This document shows, piece by piece, positions 33,409-44,455 of a stretch of 47,985 bases of DNA. Source of the DNA: Methanobacteriaceae archaeon (GTDB lineage: Archaea > Methanobacteriota > Methanobacteria > Methanobacteriales > Methanobacteriaceae). Both the position numbers and the translations under genes were made by a program. Position 1 is the stretch's first letter. Every line of letters starts with the position of its first letter. The notes beneath the pieces were generated by a model. It did no database searches, had not been told where the DNA came from, and saw only the letters and a program-made list of their open reading frames with translations. Location: contig PWMT01000144.1 in the NCBI GenBank assembly GCA_003558085.1, positions 1 through 47,985 of the forward strand. Direction: 5' to 3'.

Positions 33409-34266
33409 ATGATAATAGGTGGTTCTTCGTCTCAAAAATTAGCAGCTCAAGTAGCAAAACAATTAGATGACTATTTATGTCCCATTGAAACTCGTAAATT
33501 TCCAGATGGAGAGCGATATATTAGAATTAAAGAGGATGTAGAAAAAGAAATGGTGATAATTCAATCTACAGGTTATCCTCAAGATGAGAATATTTTAGAA
33601 CTATTATTTTTAATAAAAAACATAAAAAATTTGGGTGCAGAGGAGATTAAAGTAGTCATACCTTATTTTGGTTATGGTAGACAAGAAAAACGTTTTAAAA
33701 AAGGGGAATGTATTTCTGCTGCAAATGTAGCTGAATTATTAGAAGATTCAGGTGCTAGTGAAATAATATGTATCAATTTGCATGATAATCAAATCTGTAA
33801 TTTTTTCAACATTCCGGTGCAGGAATTATCTGCCATGCCTCTTATAGCCTATCATTTAAAAGAAAAGTTAGAAAATCCTCTCATTGTGGCACCAGATAAG
33901 GGCGCTCTCTCTCACGGCCAAGAAATAGCAAATATTCTAGGTTGTCCCTGTGATTATTTGGAAAAAATCAGATTGTCTCCTGATAAAGTGGAAACTAAGG
34001 TTAAAAATTTGGATGTGGAAGGAGAGCAAGCAGTAATTATTGATGATATTATCAGCACTGGCGGAACTATCGTGAACGCTGCTGAAATATTAACACAGAA
34101 TGGTGCAGAAAGTGTTACCGTCAGCTGTGTGCATCCAGTACTGGTAGAAGATGCTCTTTTAAAAATTTTTAATAGTGGGGTGGATGATGTAATAGCCACC
34201 AACACTCTTACTTCTGAAGTAAGTACTATATCTGTAGCTCCTTTAATATCCCAGGCGTTAAAATAG
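33409..34266 (+). CDS. prs: Ribose-phosphate pyrophosphokinase (archaeal class III)
   Basis: FPDGE, PYFGYGRQ, APDKGA, IIDDIISTGGT. ATG 33409 follows a GGTGA RBS. Confidence 0.95.
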   Translation: MIIGGSSSQKLAAQVAKQLDDYLCPIETRKFPDGERYIRIKEDVEKEMVIIQSTGYPQDENILELLFLIKNIKNLGAEEIKVVIPYFGYGRQEKRFKKGECISAANVAELLEDSGASEIICINLHDNQICNFFNIPVQELSAMPLIAYHLKEKLENPLIVAPDKGALSHGQEIANILGCPCDYLEKIRLSPDKVETKVKNLDVEGEQAVIIDDIISTGGTIVNAAEILTQNGAESVTVSCVHPVLVEDALLKIFNSGVDDVIATNTLTSEVSTISVAPLISQALK

Positions 34267-34493
34267 TTAGTTAAGGTTTTAAATAAACTAAATAAATAAA
34301 AAAAAATAGCGAGAACTATGGGAGAAACTTTTTTTAAATTATTATTTTTTAATCTAGGCAGTATTTTCTTTAATATGCGTAGTTTTTAAATTTTTTAAAC
34401 TAATTTAAAATACCTAAACAGAATTTTCCCTAAACATAAAATAAAAATAAGGAAGAATAAAAAAAGTTGATTTTTACCCTATTGATTTAAGAT

Positions 34494-36392
34494 TTAAAAT
34501 TTGTTGGTAGAGGGATTAGACATTATTCCCTGGGGAACCATTTCCCGGATTTTCTGCATTTGATCCACCAACCCTTTTTTACCTTTTCCGATTAGAGCAT
34601 GCTTTAAAACATCGCTTAAGGTTTCCACCGGAACAATCTCAATTTTATCCTTATAGTGCTTTTCAACCATCACATCCTGCATATTGGATTTGGGTATAAG
34701 AACTTTCTTAATCCCTGCTTCTGCAGCAGCTTCAATTTTACCGGTAACCCCACCCACAGGAAGCACATATCCGCGGATGCTTAAAGAACCAGTTAAAGCC
34801 ACAGATTGATCAACAGGAATTTCTTCCAAGGCAGATACTACTGCTGTAGCTACTGATACGCTGGCACTATCTCCTTCCACACCTTCATAGGCTTGTAAAA
34901 ATTGGATGTGGATATCGTAATTAGATATATCAGTACCGGTATGCTTTTTGATTAGAGCAGAAACGTTTTGTACAGCTTCTTTAGCTATATCTCCTAATTT
35001 ACCAGTAGCTATAATTCTACCTTCTTCTTTACTTTGGGCGGGTGTTGCTTCAGCAGCTATAGGAAGTATGATACCACTTCTATCCCCTATTATAGCCAAT
35101 CCATTAACACTACCAATTTGACCACCTTCAGATTGGAATACTCTGTATTTTTTCTTTTGTACAATGTATCTATCTGCGATTTGTTGTTCTAAAGTTCTAG
35201 CTAACTTTTTAGATTTGGTCACGTGTTCTGAGGTTACAAATTCTGCACCTTCTCCTTTGGCTATATCTCCTGCAGCTCGAACTAAACCTCCCAGATCCCT
35301 TAATTTAAGAGTTAATGATTCTTTTTTACCTGCTCTTCTTTGAGCTTCCAGTATGATATCATCCATGGCTTCTTTAGAAAAGTGTGGTATTCGTTGGTCC
35401 TTTTTTACTTCCTGGGCCACGAACTGAACCAGTTTTTCTCTATTTTCAGGAGTATCTGGCATGGTATCTTTCATGTAAACCTCATATCCATATCCTCTTA
35501 TTCTTGATCTAAGAGCAATATGCATACCCTCTAGGACGTGTAGGTTTCCAGATGCTACTAGTACAAAGTCACATGGCACAGTCTGAGATCTAACCATAGC
35601 TCCACTACTAGTTTCACTTTGTCCGGTTATTGAGTATACGCCCTCTTGCATTGCAGTTAAAAGTTCTTGCTGGGTTCTCATTTTCATGGTTCCGATTTCG
35701 TCAATGTAGAGTACACCGTTATGTGCGCGATGGATCATTCCTGATTCTACTCGTTCATGGGCTGGAGTACCTAGTCCTCCAGATTGGTAAGGATCGTGTC
35801 GCACATCTCCCAGTAAAGCTCCCGCATGAGCTCCGGTTGCATCTATAAAGGGGGCTATTTTTTTATTTTCATTATTCACCAGTAATTTAGGAACCATTAC
35901 CGATGTTTTTGGTCTCATTTGCTGTAAGGCTAAGAAAACTATTCCTGCAGCTATTATTGCTGCTAAAAACTGTTGGAGCATGAATCCTACTATTAAAATA
36001 AAGGAAATGATAAGAATCATGAACATGTTTTTCTTTTCTTCATGGCCTTTAGATTTGGCCTTGTGATTCATGACAATTTTTTTCCCTTCTCCTGCAGGTA
36101 CAGCTCCTATTAAAGGGTTATTTTGATCTTCTATATTAGGGTAAACCAGTACATCTTGTAATTCTTCAGGAGAAAGTAATTCTGCCATAGCTTGGGCCAG
36201 CATAGATTTACCAACTCCAGGCTCACCAATCAGTAGCACGTTTCGGCGCTGCCGGGCTGCCTTTTTAGTGGTATCTACAGCTTCTTCCTGACCAATAATT
36301 TGGTCAACTAGCATTTCAGGTACTTCAATATCTCCTGAATTTTCATAAGCAACTGATTCTTTAGAATTAGATGCTTTAATGGCTGTTTTCAT
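34494..36392 (-). CDS. lonB: Membrane-anchored ATP-dependent protease LonB
   Basis: Walker [11 protein letters not shown] insertion, LLGDVRHDP, Walker B YIDE, EGDSAS catalytic Ser and Lys dyad. Start re-called to ATG 36392 downstream of GGAGG. Confidence 0.95.
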   Translation of the reverse strand: MKTAIKASNSKESVAYENSGDIEVPEMLVDQIIGQEEAVDTTKKAARQRRNVLLIGEPGVGKSMLAQAMAELLSPEELQDVLVYPNIEDQNNPLIGAVPAGEGKKIVMNHKAKSKGHEEKKNMFMILIISFILIVGFMLQQFLAAIIAAGIVFLALQQMRPKTSVMVPKLLVNNENKKIAPFIDATGAHAGALLGDVRHDPYQSGGLGTPAHERVESGMIHRAHNGVLYIDEIGTMKMRTQQELLTAMQEGVYSITGQSETSSGAMVRSQTVPCDFVLVASGNLHVLEGMHIALRSRIRGYGYEVYMKDTMPDTPENREKLVQFVAQEVKKDQRIPHFSKEAMDDIILEAQRRAGKKESLTLKLRDLGGLVRAAGDIAKGEGAEFVTSEHVTKSKKLARTLEQQIADRYIVQKKKYRVFQSEGGQIGSVNGLAIIGDRSGIILPIAAEATPAQSKEEGRIIATGKLGDIAKEAVQNVSALIKKHTGTDISNYDIHIQFLQAYEGVEGDSASVSVATAVVSALEEIPVDQSVALTGSLSIRGYVLPVGGVTGKIEAAAEAGIKKVLIPKSNMQDVMVEKHYKDKIEIVPVETLSDVLKHALIGKGKKGLVDQMQKIREMVPQGIMSNPSTNKF

Positions 36393-36395
36393 AAA

Positions 36396-36459
36396 TTTTC
36401 CAGTGCCTCCATAAATCGATATACACTTTTTCCAGTGCCTCCATAAATCGATATACACT
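36396..36459. repeat. Perfect 32-bp tandem duplication covering the lonB RBS
   Basis: TTTTCCAGTGCCTCCATAAATCGATATACACT x2 (36396-36427, 36428-36459). Confidence 0.95.
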
Positions 36460-37140
36460 TGTTTATAAATTAAATTTAATGGTAAAATCTGCTTGTTAAT
36501 AAAAAGTATTCTTTTACTAACATAAACTTATTTTAATATTATACTATAAATACCTATTTATATTACCTCTCTTATTTTCTAATTTACATTACATCTTAGT
36601 TTAAATAAATAATAACAATATCCTATCAGTTAAATGCATAAAATGAAGATGATCGTTAAGTAAGATTATAAAGGAACTATAGGTAAATTCGATAATAATA
36701 TTTTATCAAATAATAATCAAGATTACATCTAAAACATCCATATGATCTATACTCTACTGTATAATATGTAACCAGTTATTAATAAGGCTTACTAATATAT
36801 AGATCTGGGATAAGATAATTTAAGCCGTGCTATGATAAAAAACTTGTATAATAACATCTTTTATATATTGCAATTATTTAACATATCCCTGATTATATAA
36901 CCTTTTATTTTATCTAAATTGTATAGTTCTTAATTTGATTTATGATTATAACTGAATTAGTATCTAATATTGATCTTTTTAAAGAGGAGAAAATATCCTT
37001 AACTATGATTGGTGTAAAATCATATCATATAGGGCAAGATTAAATAGAAAACCTATAACTATGATTAAACTAAAATAAAACAATCAACAAAAAAGTAATT
37101 ATTAAATAATGATTAATCTAAAATTTTTAAGAGGTTTGAA

Positions 37141-38661
37141 ATGTCTTCATTTAATGCTAAATGCATCATGATTCAGGGAACATCTTCTAATGCTGGTAAA
37201 AGTGTTTTGGTAGCTGCTTTATGCCGTATATATTCCAGCAGAGGTTACCATGTGGCACCATTCAAATCTCAAAATATGTCTTTAAATTCCTACACCACCT
37301 CTGAAAATGCAGAAATAGCCATAGCTCAGGTTTTTCAAGCTGAAGCTGCTGGTATAGAACCATCCTATGATATGAATCCCATTCTGCTCAAACCCAAGGA
37401 AGATTTCTTATCCCAGGTTATAGTACAGGGAAAACCAGTAGGAGATATGAATTTCTATGAATATCAACAAAATTTTAGAGATGAAGCCCTAAAAGCCATT
37501 TCCGAATCTCTGGAAAGGTTAAAAAATCAATATGAAATCATTTTTATAGAAGGTGCTGGTTCACCAGCAGAAATTAACATGCGTGAACATGACCTAGCCA
37601 ATATGGAGATAGCACATCTAGCAGATGCTGATGTTATTTTAGTGGCTGATATTGATCGAGGAGGGGTTTTCGCATCAATAGCTGGGACATTTTCTCTTTT
37701 AGATGAAAAGGACCGTCAAAGAATTAAAGGAGTAATAATTAACAAATTCCGTGGCAATATAGATATTTTAATGCCAGGCATACATCAAATTGAAAAAATT
37801 ATAGGTGTACCTGTTTTAGGGGTATTACCCTATGCTTCGAATCTTCGATTACCGGAAGAAGATTCCGCTTCTCTTACTGAGAGAAAATATCAGGAAAAAG
37901 AAAAAATAACCATAGGAGTCATGAAACTACCGCGAATATCTAACTTTACCGATTTAGATCCCTTGGAGTGCGAACCAGATGTAGGATTAAAATTGATTGA
38001 AATAGGAGATAAACTAAAACAATTAGATGCCCTCATACTCCCTGGTACCAGAAATAGTGTAAACGATATGCTTGCCCTGCAGGAAGCAGGATATGTGGAT
38101 GAAATACGTGATTTATCTCGAAAAATTCCAATAATTGGCATATGTGGAGGTTATCAATTATTGGGTAATAAAATAATAGATGAAAATTTTAAAGAATCCC
38201 ATCATGGTTCTGTAGATGGTTTAGGACTTTTAGATATTGAAACTTATTTTGGCAAAGTTCCTAAAATCATCACTCGCAGCCAAGGCCGAATAATAAATAA
38301 CGGTTTTCTAAAAGGAGTTTCCAGAGAAATAATAAAGGGATATGAATTACATGAAGGTATAACTAATATTAAAAACAGTTCTCCTTTAATAAAATTAGAG
38401 CAAGGTGAGGGAAATCAGCCCGGGTCAGATTATGATGGAGCTATATACGGAAAAATATTAGGAACTTATTTGCATGGAATCTTTAATAACTTTAGATTTA
38501 GAAGAGCTTTTACTGATTATTTACGTAAAAATAAAGGTTTAGATGAACTTGGTTTTGAAAAAGACCCGTTTATAAATAGTAAAAAGTTTTATATGGATAA
38601 GTTAGCTAAAATGGTGGAAGAAAATCTAGATATGAACTTCATGGATGAACTGATTTTTTAA
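37141..38661 (+). CDS. cobQ: Cobyric acid synthase (CobQ/CbiP)
   Basis: IQGTSSNAGKS, PFKSQNMSLNS, EGAGSPAEIN, DIDRGG, PRISNFTD, GICGGYQ, GTYLHG. Confidence 0.96.
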   Translation: MSSFNAKCIMIQGTSSNAGKSVLVAALCRIYSSRGYHVAPFKSQNMSLNSYTTSENAEIAIAQVFQAEAAGIEPSYDMNPILLKPKEDFLSQVIVQGKPVGDMNFYEYQQNFRDEALKAISESLERLKNQYEIIFIEGAGSPAEINMREHDLANMEIAHLADADVILVADIDRGGVFASIAGTFSLLDEKDRQRIKGVIINKFRGNIDILMPGIHQIEKIIGVPVLGVLPYASNLRLPEEDSASLTERKYQEKEKITIGVMKLPRISNFTDLDPLECEPDVGLKLIEIGDKLKQLDALILPGTRNSVNDMLALQEAGYVDEIRDLSRKIPIIGICGGYQLLGNKIIDENFKESHHGSVDGLGLLDIETYFGKVPKIITRSQGRIINNGFLKGVSREIIKGYELHEGITNIKNSSPLIKLEQGEGNQPGSDYDGAIYGKILGTYLHGIFNNFRFRRAFTDYLRKNKGLDELGFEKDPFINSKKFYMDKLAKMVEENLDMNFMDELIF

Positions 38662-38794
38662 AAAAAATATTTCTTATTTAACTCAAGTGGTATCTAATCC
38701 TGAAAGGAATTGATTATTATATTTTTATTTAATTATAAATTCATAAAATGATTTAGAATTTTTTCTCCCTACAAGTTCTTTCTTATTAAGAGAT

Positions 38795-38816
38795 GATAAG
38801 TAACTTATCGCTTTTT
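38795..38816 (+). terminator. Hairpin plus T-tract downstream of cobQ
   Basis: GATAAGT-A-ACTTATC followed by GCTTTTT. Confidence 0.3.
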
Positions 38817-38858
38817 ATTGGTAGTTATAATTAATTTTTGCCTTATTATCACCTAAAA

Positions 38859-38866
38859 TTATATAT
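38859..38866 (+). promoter_or_regulatory. TATA box of the tRNA-Gly pair
   Basis: TTATATAT preceded by an A-rich BRE-like stretch, about 33 nt upstream of the mature tRNA 5' end. Confidence 0.5.
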
Positions 38867-38898
38867 AGGATGAATTCAAATCTTGGTATGCATAACAT

Positions 38899-39048
<150 letters not shown>

Positions 39049-39138
39049 TACTAACCATTTTAATAAATAAATCCATCGTTAATAGCTTTATATTAATTTT
39101 AAACCCATATTTTTATTTATCAAGTGCTTAGCTTATTG

Positions 39139-39266
39139 CTTAGCAGGAATAATACATTGTGCTTTACTGACTTAGCAGGAATAATACATTGTGCTTTACT
39201 GACTTAGCAGGAATAATACATTGTGCTTTACTGACTTAGCAGGAATAATACATTGTGCTTTACTGA
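39139..39266. repeat. Perfect 32-bp x4 tandem repeat (minisatellite, no spacers)
   Basis: CTTAGCAGGAATAATACATTGTGCTTTACTGA at 39139, 39171, 39203 and 39235. Confidence 0.97.
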
Positions 39267-39475
39267 TATTCCCACTTTTTACCACTATAAATGAAATTTA
39301 GGTAATTAGAAGAATATTTAAACATTATCCTTATAAGTTTAGTAGGGGAAATAGTTATATCTGAAGTAAAATACTGTTTAAGTAATTATTTAGAGCCGAT
39401 GTAGATATTTTGACCAGTCTTAACACTGACCCAAAAAAAATAGAACTAAATAATTTAAATGTGATGTGATGATCA

Positions 39476-40516
39476 ATGGCAGGAATTGTTGGTTATGGAG
39501 TTTATATACCTTCCTATAGGATAAAAGTAGAAGAGATAGCGAGAGTATGGGGTGATGACCCTCAAGCCATATCTAGGGGTTTGGTAATTCAGGAAAAATC
39601 TGTACCTGCTCCTGATGAGGATACAGCAACTATATCTGTAGAGGCAGCGAGAAATGCTTTAAAAAGAGCGAAAATAGATCCTAAAAAAATAGGTGCACTT
39701 TATGTAGGATCGGAATCTCATCCTTATGCAGTTAAACCAACTGCCACTATAGTGGCTGAAGCAATTGATGCAGGACCACATTTAAGTGCAGCTGACATGG
39801 AATTTGCATGTAAGGCCGGTACGGCTGGTATGCAGTCCTGTATAGGATTAGTTGATGCAAATATAAGTAATTATGGTCTAGCTATAGGTGCAGATACTGC
39901 TCAAGGAGCTCCAGGTGATGCTTTAGAATATACCGCTTCTGCGGGAGGAGCAGCTTACATTTTAGGCAAAAAGGACACTATAGCCGATATTGATTCTACC
40001 TATAGTTTTACTACAGATACTCCTGATTTTTATCGAAGAGAAGGAATGCCCTATCCCCGACATGGTGGAAGATTCACCGGGGTTCCTGCTTATTTTAAAC
40101 ATGTTATAGCAGCTGCAAAGGGAATTTCAGAAAAAACAGGTTTAAATGCATCTGATTATGATTATGCTGTTTTTCATCAACCCAACGGTAAGTTTTATCT
40201 TAAAGCAGCTGAAAAATTAGGATTTACTAAAGAACAGGTCAAATCTGGTCTTTTAAGCCCAGTAATTGGAAACACTTATTCTGGTGCAACACCTCTAGGT
40301 CTTGCTGCTATTTTAGATGAAGCAAAGCCGGGTGATAAGATATTAGCTATTTCATATGGTTCCGGGGCTGGAAGTGATGCATTTAGCATTACGGTGAATG
40401 ATAAAATAGATGATAAACGAGAACTGGCACCTAAAGTTAGAGATATTATAACAAATAAGTGTTATATAGACTACGCAGTTTATGCCAAATTTAAAGATAA
40501 ATTGAAAATGGCTTAA
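39476..40516 (+). CDS. mvaS: Hydroxymethylglutaryl-CoA synthase (archaeal)
   Basis: [19 protein letters not shown] catalytic Cys, [23 protein letters not shown]. Confidence 0.93.
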   Translation: MAGIVGYGVYIPSYRIKVEEIARVWGDDPQAISRGLVIQEKSVPAPDEDTATISVEAARNALKRAKIDPKKIGALYVGSESHPYAVKPTATIVAEAIDAGPHLSAADMEFACKAGTAGMQSCIGLVDANISNYGLAIGADTAQGAPGDALEYTASAGGAAYILGKKDTIADIDSTYSFTTDTPDFYRREGMPYPRHGGRFTGVPAYFKHVIAAAKGISEKTGLNASDYDYAVFHQPNGKFYLKAAEKLGFTKEQVKSGLLSPVIGNTYSGATPLGLAAILDEAKPGDKILAISYGSGAGSDAFSITVNDKIDDKRELAPKVRDIITNKCYIDYAVYAKFKDKLKMA

Positions 40517-40527
40517 GAGGTATATTT

Positions 40528-41679
40528 ATGAGAGATGTTGCGATTATTGGAGTATCACAAACTAAATTTGGAGAATTATGGGATGTATCCTTTCGAGATA
40601 TGATCACCGAAGCCGGTTTAGGTGCTATTAAAGATGCGAATATTGAGGGAAGTGATTTAGAGGCCCTATACGTGGGGAATATGTCAGCTGGCCTTTTTGT
40701 AAAACAGGAACATATAGCTTCTCTTATAGCAGATCATGCTGGATTAACACCTATACCCTGCGCCCGTGTAGAAGCAGCATGTGCTTCTGGAGGTCTTGCC
40801 TTAAGAAATGGTATAATGGCGGTAGCTTCTGGCTACCATGACATTGTTATATCTGCCGGTGTAGAGAAAATGACAGATGTAGTAGATCCTACCCCAGCTA
40901 TTGCCACCGCTTCTGATCAGGAATGGGAAGTACAGCAAGGTGTAACGTTCCCTGCACTTTATGCTATGATGGCTAAACGTCACATGTATGAATACGGAAC
41001 TACTAGGGAGCAGTTAGCCATGTTTTCGGTAATAAACCATCAAAATGCTGCTAAAAATCCCCGAGCTCAATATCAAATGGAGATAAGCGTAGATCAGGTA
41101 TTGGAATCTACAATGGTAGCAGAACCTTTGCGTTTATTGGACTGTTCTCCCATTTCAGATGGTGCCTCAGCAGTGATACTTTGCCCTGCTGAAGATGCTA
41201 AAAAATATACTGATACACCAGTATATGTAAAAGCTTCTGCTCAAGCTTCTGGTACGCTGGCCCTGCATGATCGTAAAAGTGTAACAACTATTGATGCCAC
41301 TGTTAACGCAGCTAAAAATGCATTTAAAATGTCTAAAATGACTTCTAAGGATATTGATACTGTAGAAGTTCATGATTGTTTTAGTATAAATGGTATTCTA
41401 GCTATAGAAGATATAGGATTTGTAAAAAAAGGTAAAGGTGGTTTAGCAGTTGAAGAAGGTGTAACTAAACTTGATGGTGAAATTCCAGTAAATCCCTCCG
41501 GAGGTTTAAAAGCAAGAGGCCATCCATTAGGTGCCACTGGCATTGCTCAAGCAGCTGAAATTGTTTGGCAACTCAGAGGAGAAGCAGGAAAACGTCAAGT
41601 AGAAGGCGCAGAAGTTGGAATGACACATAATATCGGAGGAACCGGCGGAACAGCAACTGTCCACATATTATCCCGTTAA
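40528..41679 (+). CDS. Acetoacetyl-CoA thiolase (archaeal; partner of HMG-CoA synthase)
   Basis: [41 protein letters not shown]; 11 bp after the synthase gene. Confidence 0.93.
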   Translation: MRDVAIIGVSQTKFGELWDVSFRDMITEAGLGAIKDANIEGSDLEALYVGNMSAGLFVKQEHIASLIADHAGLTPIPCARVEAACASGGLALRNGIMAVASGYHDIVISAGVEKMTDVVDPTPAIATASDQEWEVQQGVTFPALYAMMAKRHMYEYGTTREQLAMFSVINHQNAAKNPRAQYQMEISVDQVLESTMVAEPLRLLDCSPISDGASAVILCPAEDAKKYTDTPVYVKASAQASGTLALHDRKSVTTIDATVNAAKNAFKMSKMTSKDIDTVEVHDCFSINGILAIEDIGFVKKGKGGLAVEEGVTKLDGEIPVNPSGGLKARGHPLGATGIAQAAEIVWQLRGEAGKRQVEGAEVGMTHNIGGTGGTATVHILSR

Positions 41680-41836
41680 AATTTAATAAAATTTACCATA
41701 AATCCTTGCAATTCAATTTAATGCCTATAAATACTTTAATTTTTTATTTAATTTCTTAAATTTATATAAATCCCGAGGAGAATATCAAATCCCGTATTAT
41801 TTTTTTTAAAGATTATATGAACTATGAAGAGAAAAT

Positions 41837-42604
41837 TTACAACTTAAACATTTCTTCCGAGGCTATCCGATTCAATAGCTCTTCTGTTTCTTTAAGCTGA
41901 TCATCAGTTCCATCTATACCAATATATACACTACCTTCAGCACCAGAAACTCCCCCGGCAGCCACTATTACTGCCTGAGCACCAGTCAATATTTTAATTG
42001 CTTCAATTTCCGTGATAACTTTTCCTGGAACTGGCAGCATTCGCGGTCCTTTAGTATCTGTTTGATTCAATTTAAGAGCAATTTCATTGATATCGCCAGG
42101 TATTCTTTTTTCCAAACCCACCGGCAATATCAGTTCTACTCTTCGCCCTACATGGGCTTTAAGAGCAGCTAAAATGGTTCCACCTTGTGGATTTCCAATA
42201 TAAACTCCAGCCTGATTAGAGGAGAGGTTCAAGGCATTAGCACCTTTTATTATAACGTCTCCTTCATTTAGATGATCTGCTACTTCAAAGATTGTAGTTT
42301 TCTTTTGCCATTCACCATCAGTGATTACCACATCCCCTGGAAAATCATTTTCATTTAGAATGCGGCCATGAATAGTTCGTGGTATGTTTTCTGGGAGACT
42401 TATTCCTCTAAAGAATCTTTTACGGGAAAAACCATGTTGCTGGTTTATTTCAGACAATATTTCTTCAGCTACATATCCATTAGTGGTTCCTGCCACGATG
42501 ACTAAGGTGCCTTTATTTAAAGTATTTTGAATGGAGGGATGTTTAAGCACTGCTTTGGATATTAATCTTTTACCGGCTGCTGGAGTGATTAAAAATTGTT
42601 TCAT
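41837..42604 (-). CDS. Conserved hypothetical protein (possible NagB/RpiA/CoA-transferase-like fold)
   Basis: AGGTGA RBS; KRLISKAV, GTTNGYVAEE, IKGANA, PVGLEK, AGGVSGAEG conserved-looking blocks. Confidence 0.7.
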   Translation of the reverse strand: MKQFLITPAAGKRLISKAVLKHPSIQNTLNKGTLVIVAGTTNGYVAEEILSEINQQHGFSRKRFFRGISLPENIPRTIHGRILNENDFPGDVVITDGEWQKKTTIFEVADHLNEGDVIIKGANALNLSSNQAGVYIGNPQGGTILAALKAHVGRRVELILPVGLEKRIPGDINEIALKLNQTDTKGPRMLPVPGKVITEIEAIKILTGAQAVIVAAGGVSGAEGSVYIGIDGTDDQLKETEELLNRIASEEMFKL

Positions 42605-42633
42605 GAAATCACCTTAATTGTCTTCATTAGGGT

Positions 42634-42999
42634 TCAAATTTTTTTAAGGGGTAAACCCTTGCTTTTCCAAAGATTTAAACCTCCTATAAGATTATAAACC
42701 TCCTTGAAACCTAAATTTTTCATTAAATTTAGCGTTTCAGCACTTCTAACACCAGTGCGACAGTAAATTAGATATATTTTAGATTTATCCAATTTCAATA
42801 GTTCTTCTTTAAAAATAGGACTATAATAATCTAGAAGTTTGGCCTGCTGCAGATGTGATTCTTCAAATTCAGGTGGTGTTCGAACGTCTAGAATGACAAA
42901 ATCAGAATTATCTTTATTTTTTTGAATGATCTGCAGTCCTTCTTCTGGATTAATATTTCTAAATATGGTTCTAGTAATGGTTTTCTTTCTCTTAAACAT
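42634..42999 (-). CDS. Single-domain rhodanese-like sulfurtransferase
   Basis: ILDVRTPPEF..SHL, active loop YCRTGVRS, VYNLIGGLNLW. Confidence 0.92.
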   Translation of the reverse strand: MFKRKKTITRTIFRNINPEEGLQIIQKNKDNSDFVILDVRTPPEFEESHLQQAKLLDYYSPIFKEELLKLDKSKIYLIYCRTGVRSAETLNLMKNLGFKEVYNLIGGLNLWKSKGLPLKKI

Positions 43000-43238
43000 T
43001 AAATAGCTCCTTAATTTTTTATAAATGATTATATGTTTAAAATTGTATTATTCCAGTTATATTCACTTAAGTACTCTTTTTAGGATATTGATTCCTCGTT
43101 TTTTAGATTTGATATTTAAATAAAGGATAGGTTAATATGAGTTAAAAGAAAAGATATTATTTAAATAAGAAATAAAAGCAATACTGGGAAAGATTTTTAG
43201 CCTTAAAATTCATAAGCTTTAATAATACTATCATATTA

Positions 43239-43685
43239 TTAATTTGAAATTTTATTTATTTTAGGTATTAGTAGGCCCCCAGATATTATCATCACTGCCA
43301 AAATTAAAAGTGCTGATGGTATACCTGTTACTGGAATGATTACAGTAACTTTCTCTGCAGGCACTATTGTATCTACCGTTTCTACAGGAACTACTGGAGA
43401 AACTGGATCAATAGTAGGTATAGGTGCTTTCGGATCTAAAGGTCCTAAAACAAAGGGATCTAAAGGATCCAAAGGTCCTAAAACAAAGGGATTTAAAGGA
43501 TCTAAAGGCCTATTATAACTGACAGCGGTTTGTGGCCTATCTCTATAAATGAAATCTTCATTAAAGTTACCGTTAGCTGAAACATAACCAATAGTGCAGA
43601 AAATTAATAGAGCTAAAACTAAGAAAAAAATAGGATTATACGCTCTTCTTGTTGGTCTAAAAAGTTTTATTTTAATTTTGTCCAC
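43239..43685 (-). CDS. Exported Pro-rich repeat protein with C-terminal IPVTG sorting-like signal
   Basis: Signal peptide ending GYVSA; PLDPL[ND]PFVLG repeats; IPVTGIP + TM + Lys tail. Start uncertain (GTG 43685 or TTG 43727). Confidence 0.75.
   Translation of the reverse strand: MDKIKIKLFRPTRRAYNPIFFLVLALLIFCTIGYVSANGNFNEDFIYRDRPQTAVSYNRPLDPLNPFVLGPLDPLDPFVLGPLDPKAPIPTIDPVSPVVPVETVDTIVPAEKVTVIIPVTGIPSALLILAVMIISGGLLIPKINKISN
43432..43510. repeat. In-frame 33-bp tandem repeat (about 2.4 copies) encoding PLDPL[ND]PFVLG
   Basis: GGATCTAAAGGTCCTAAAACAAAGGGATCTAAA / GGATCCAAAGGTCCTAAAACAAAGGGATTTAAA / GGATCTAAAGG. Confidence 0.9.
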
Positions 43686-43737
43686 CCCCAATTCCCCTTC
43701 TAAGTAAAGGAATTGAATATAAATCAAACTTTAAACT

Positions 43738-44208
43738 TTAATTCAAGGCCTGAATTTTTTCATCTGCTTCATTTATGGATGAAATTCCTTCCTCTATTTT
43801 TTCATTAGCACGTTCTAATAAACTCGGATCATCAGAATCTAAGGCTTTTAAGGTATATTGGAAAGCCTGGTCAATATCATTCAAACCTTTTAATATCAGT
43901 TCATGTATTTCTTCAAAACCAGGAGGTGGTGTTAATTCTTCCATTTCCTCTATAAAAACTTGTATTTCACTTTGCCTGGCTACAACATTGGTATAGTATT
44001 CATCATAGCTTAGTGTACCTTCTTCAAAAGCTTCCGTGTCCTGACTTTGTTCCTCAAAAATTTCTGATAATCTTAGGGAATAGGCTTGGATGGTGTTTAT
44101 ATACTGTGCTTCTTTTTCTTGTCTAGCTTGATCATCGTCACTAGTACAACCGGATATAAAAATTACACCTAGTATTAATGATATGATACAGATTGTTATT
44201 GGTTTCAA
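43738..44208 (-). CDS. Acidic helical-bundle lipoprotein
   Basis: GGGAG RBS, TTG start, lipobox FISGC; L.PP..F..IH motif. Confidence 0.8.
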   Translation of the reverse strand: MKPITICIISLILGVIFISGCTSDDDQARQEKEAQYINTIQAYSLRLSEIFEEQSQDTEAFEEGTLSYDEYYTNVVARQSEIQVFIEEMEELTPPPGFEEIHELILKGLNDIDQAFQYTLKALDSDDPSLLERANEKIEEGISSINEADEKIQALN

Positions 44209-44455
44209 GTTAGTATCTCCCTAGGATTTTATCACTACTTACACTTTATACTTATAAGATTAATAATTTTGCCATCAATGAAAGTAGACTTTATAATAAA
44301 GTAATATTTTTTATAAAATTTAGCTGTTATTTTTTTAAGTATTTTAAGAAAAAATAAAATATTTAGTAGTTTAATGCCTCAATATTTATTTTAAGCTCTT
44401 TATTTAGAATTTAAGAAATTTAATTAAAAAAAAAAATAAAAAAGGAAATTTTTAG

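Noticed and set aside
36393-36458. N-terminal extension of LonB ([11 protein letters not shown]...)
   Set aside because: Created by the 32-bp duplication; the RBS position supports ATG 36392.
36460-37140. Hidden gene or RNA in the 680-bp lonB-cobQ spacer (including a cobalamin riboswitch)
   Set aside because: Very AT-rich; only short ORFs in the frames I read; no B12-box or stable stems seen. Consistent with a divergent promoter region.
39139-39266. CRISPR array
   Set aside because: Units are contiguous and identical, with no variable spacers and no cas genes nearby.
39476-41679. Missing DUF35 scaffold gene beside HMG-CoA synthase/thiolase
   Set aside because: It can be encoded elsewhere; absence from this window is uninformative.
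43640-43660. Tat signal (TRRAY) in the Pro-rich protein
   Set aside because: Poor match to S/T-R-R-x-F-L, and the passenger has no folded or cofactor domain; a Sec signal is sufficient.
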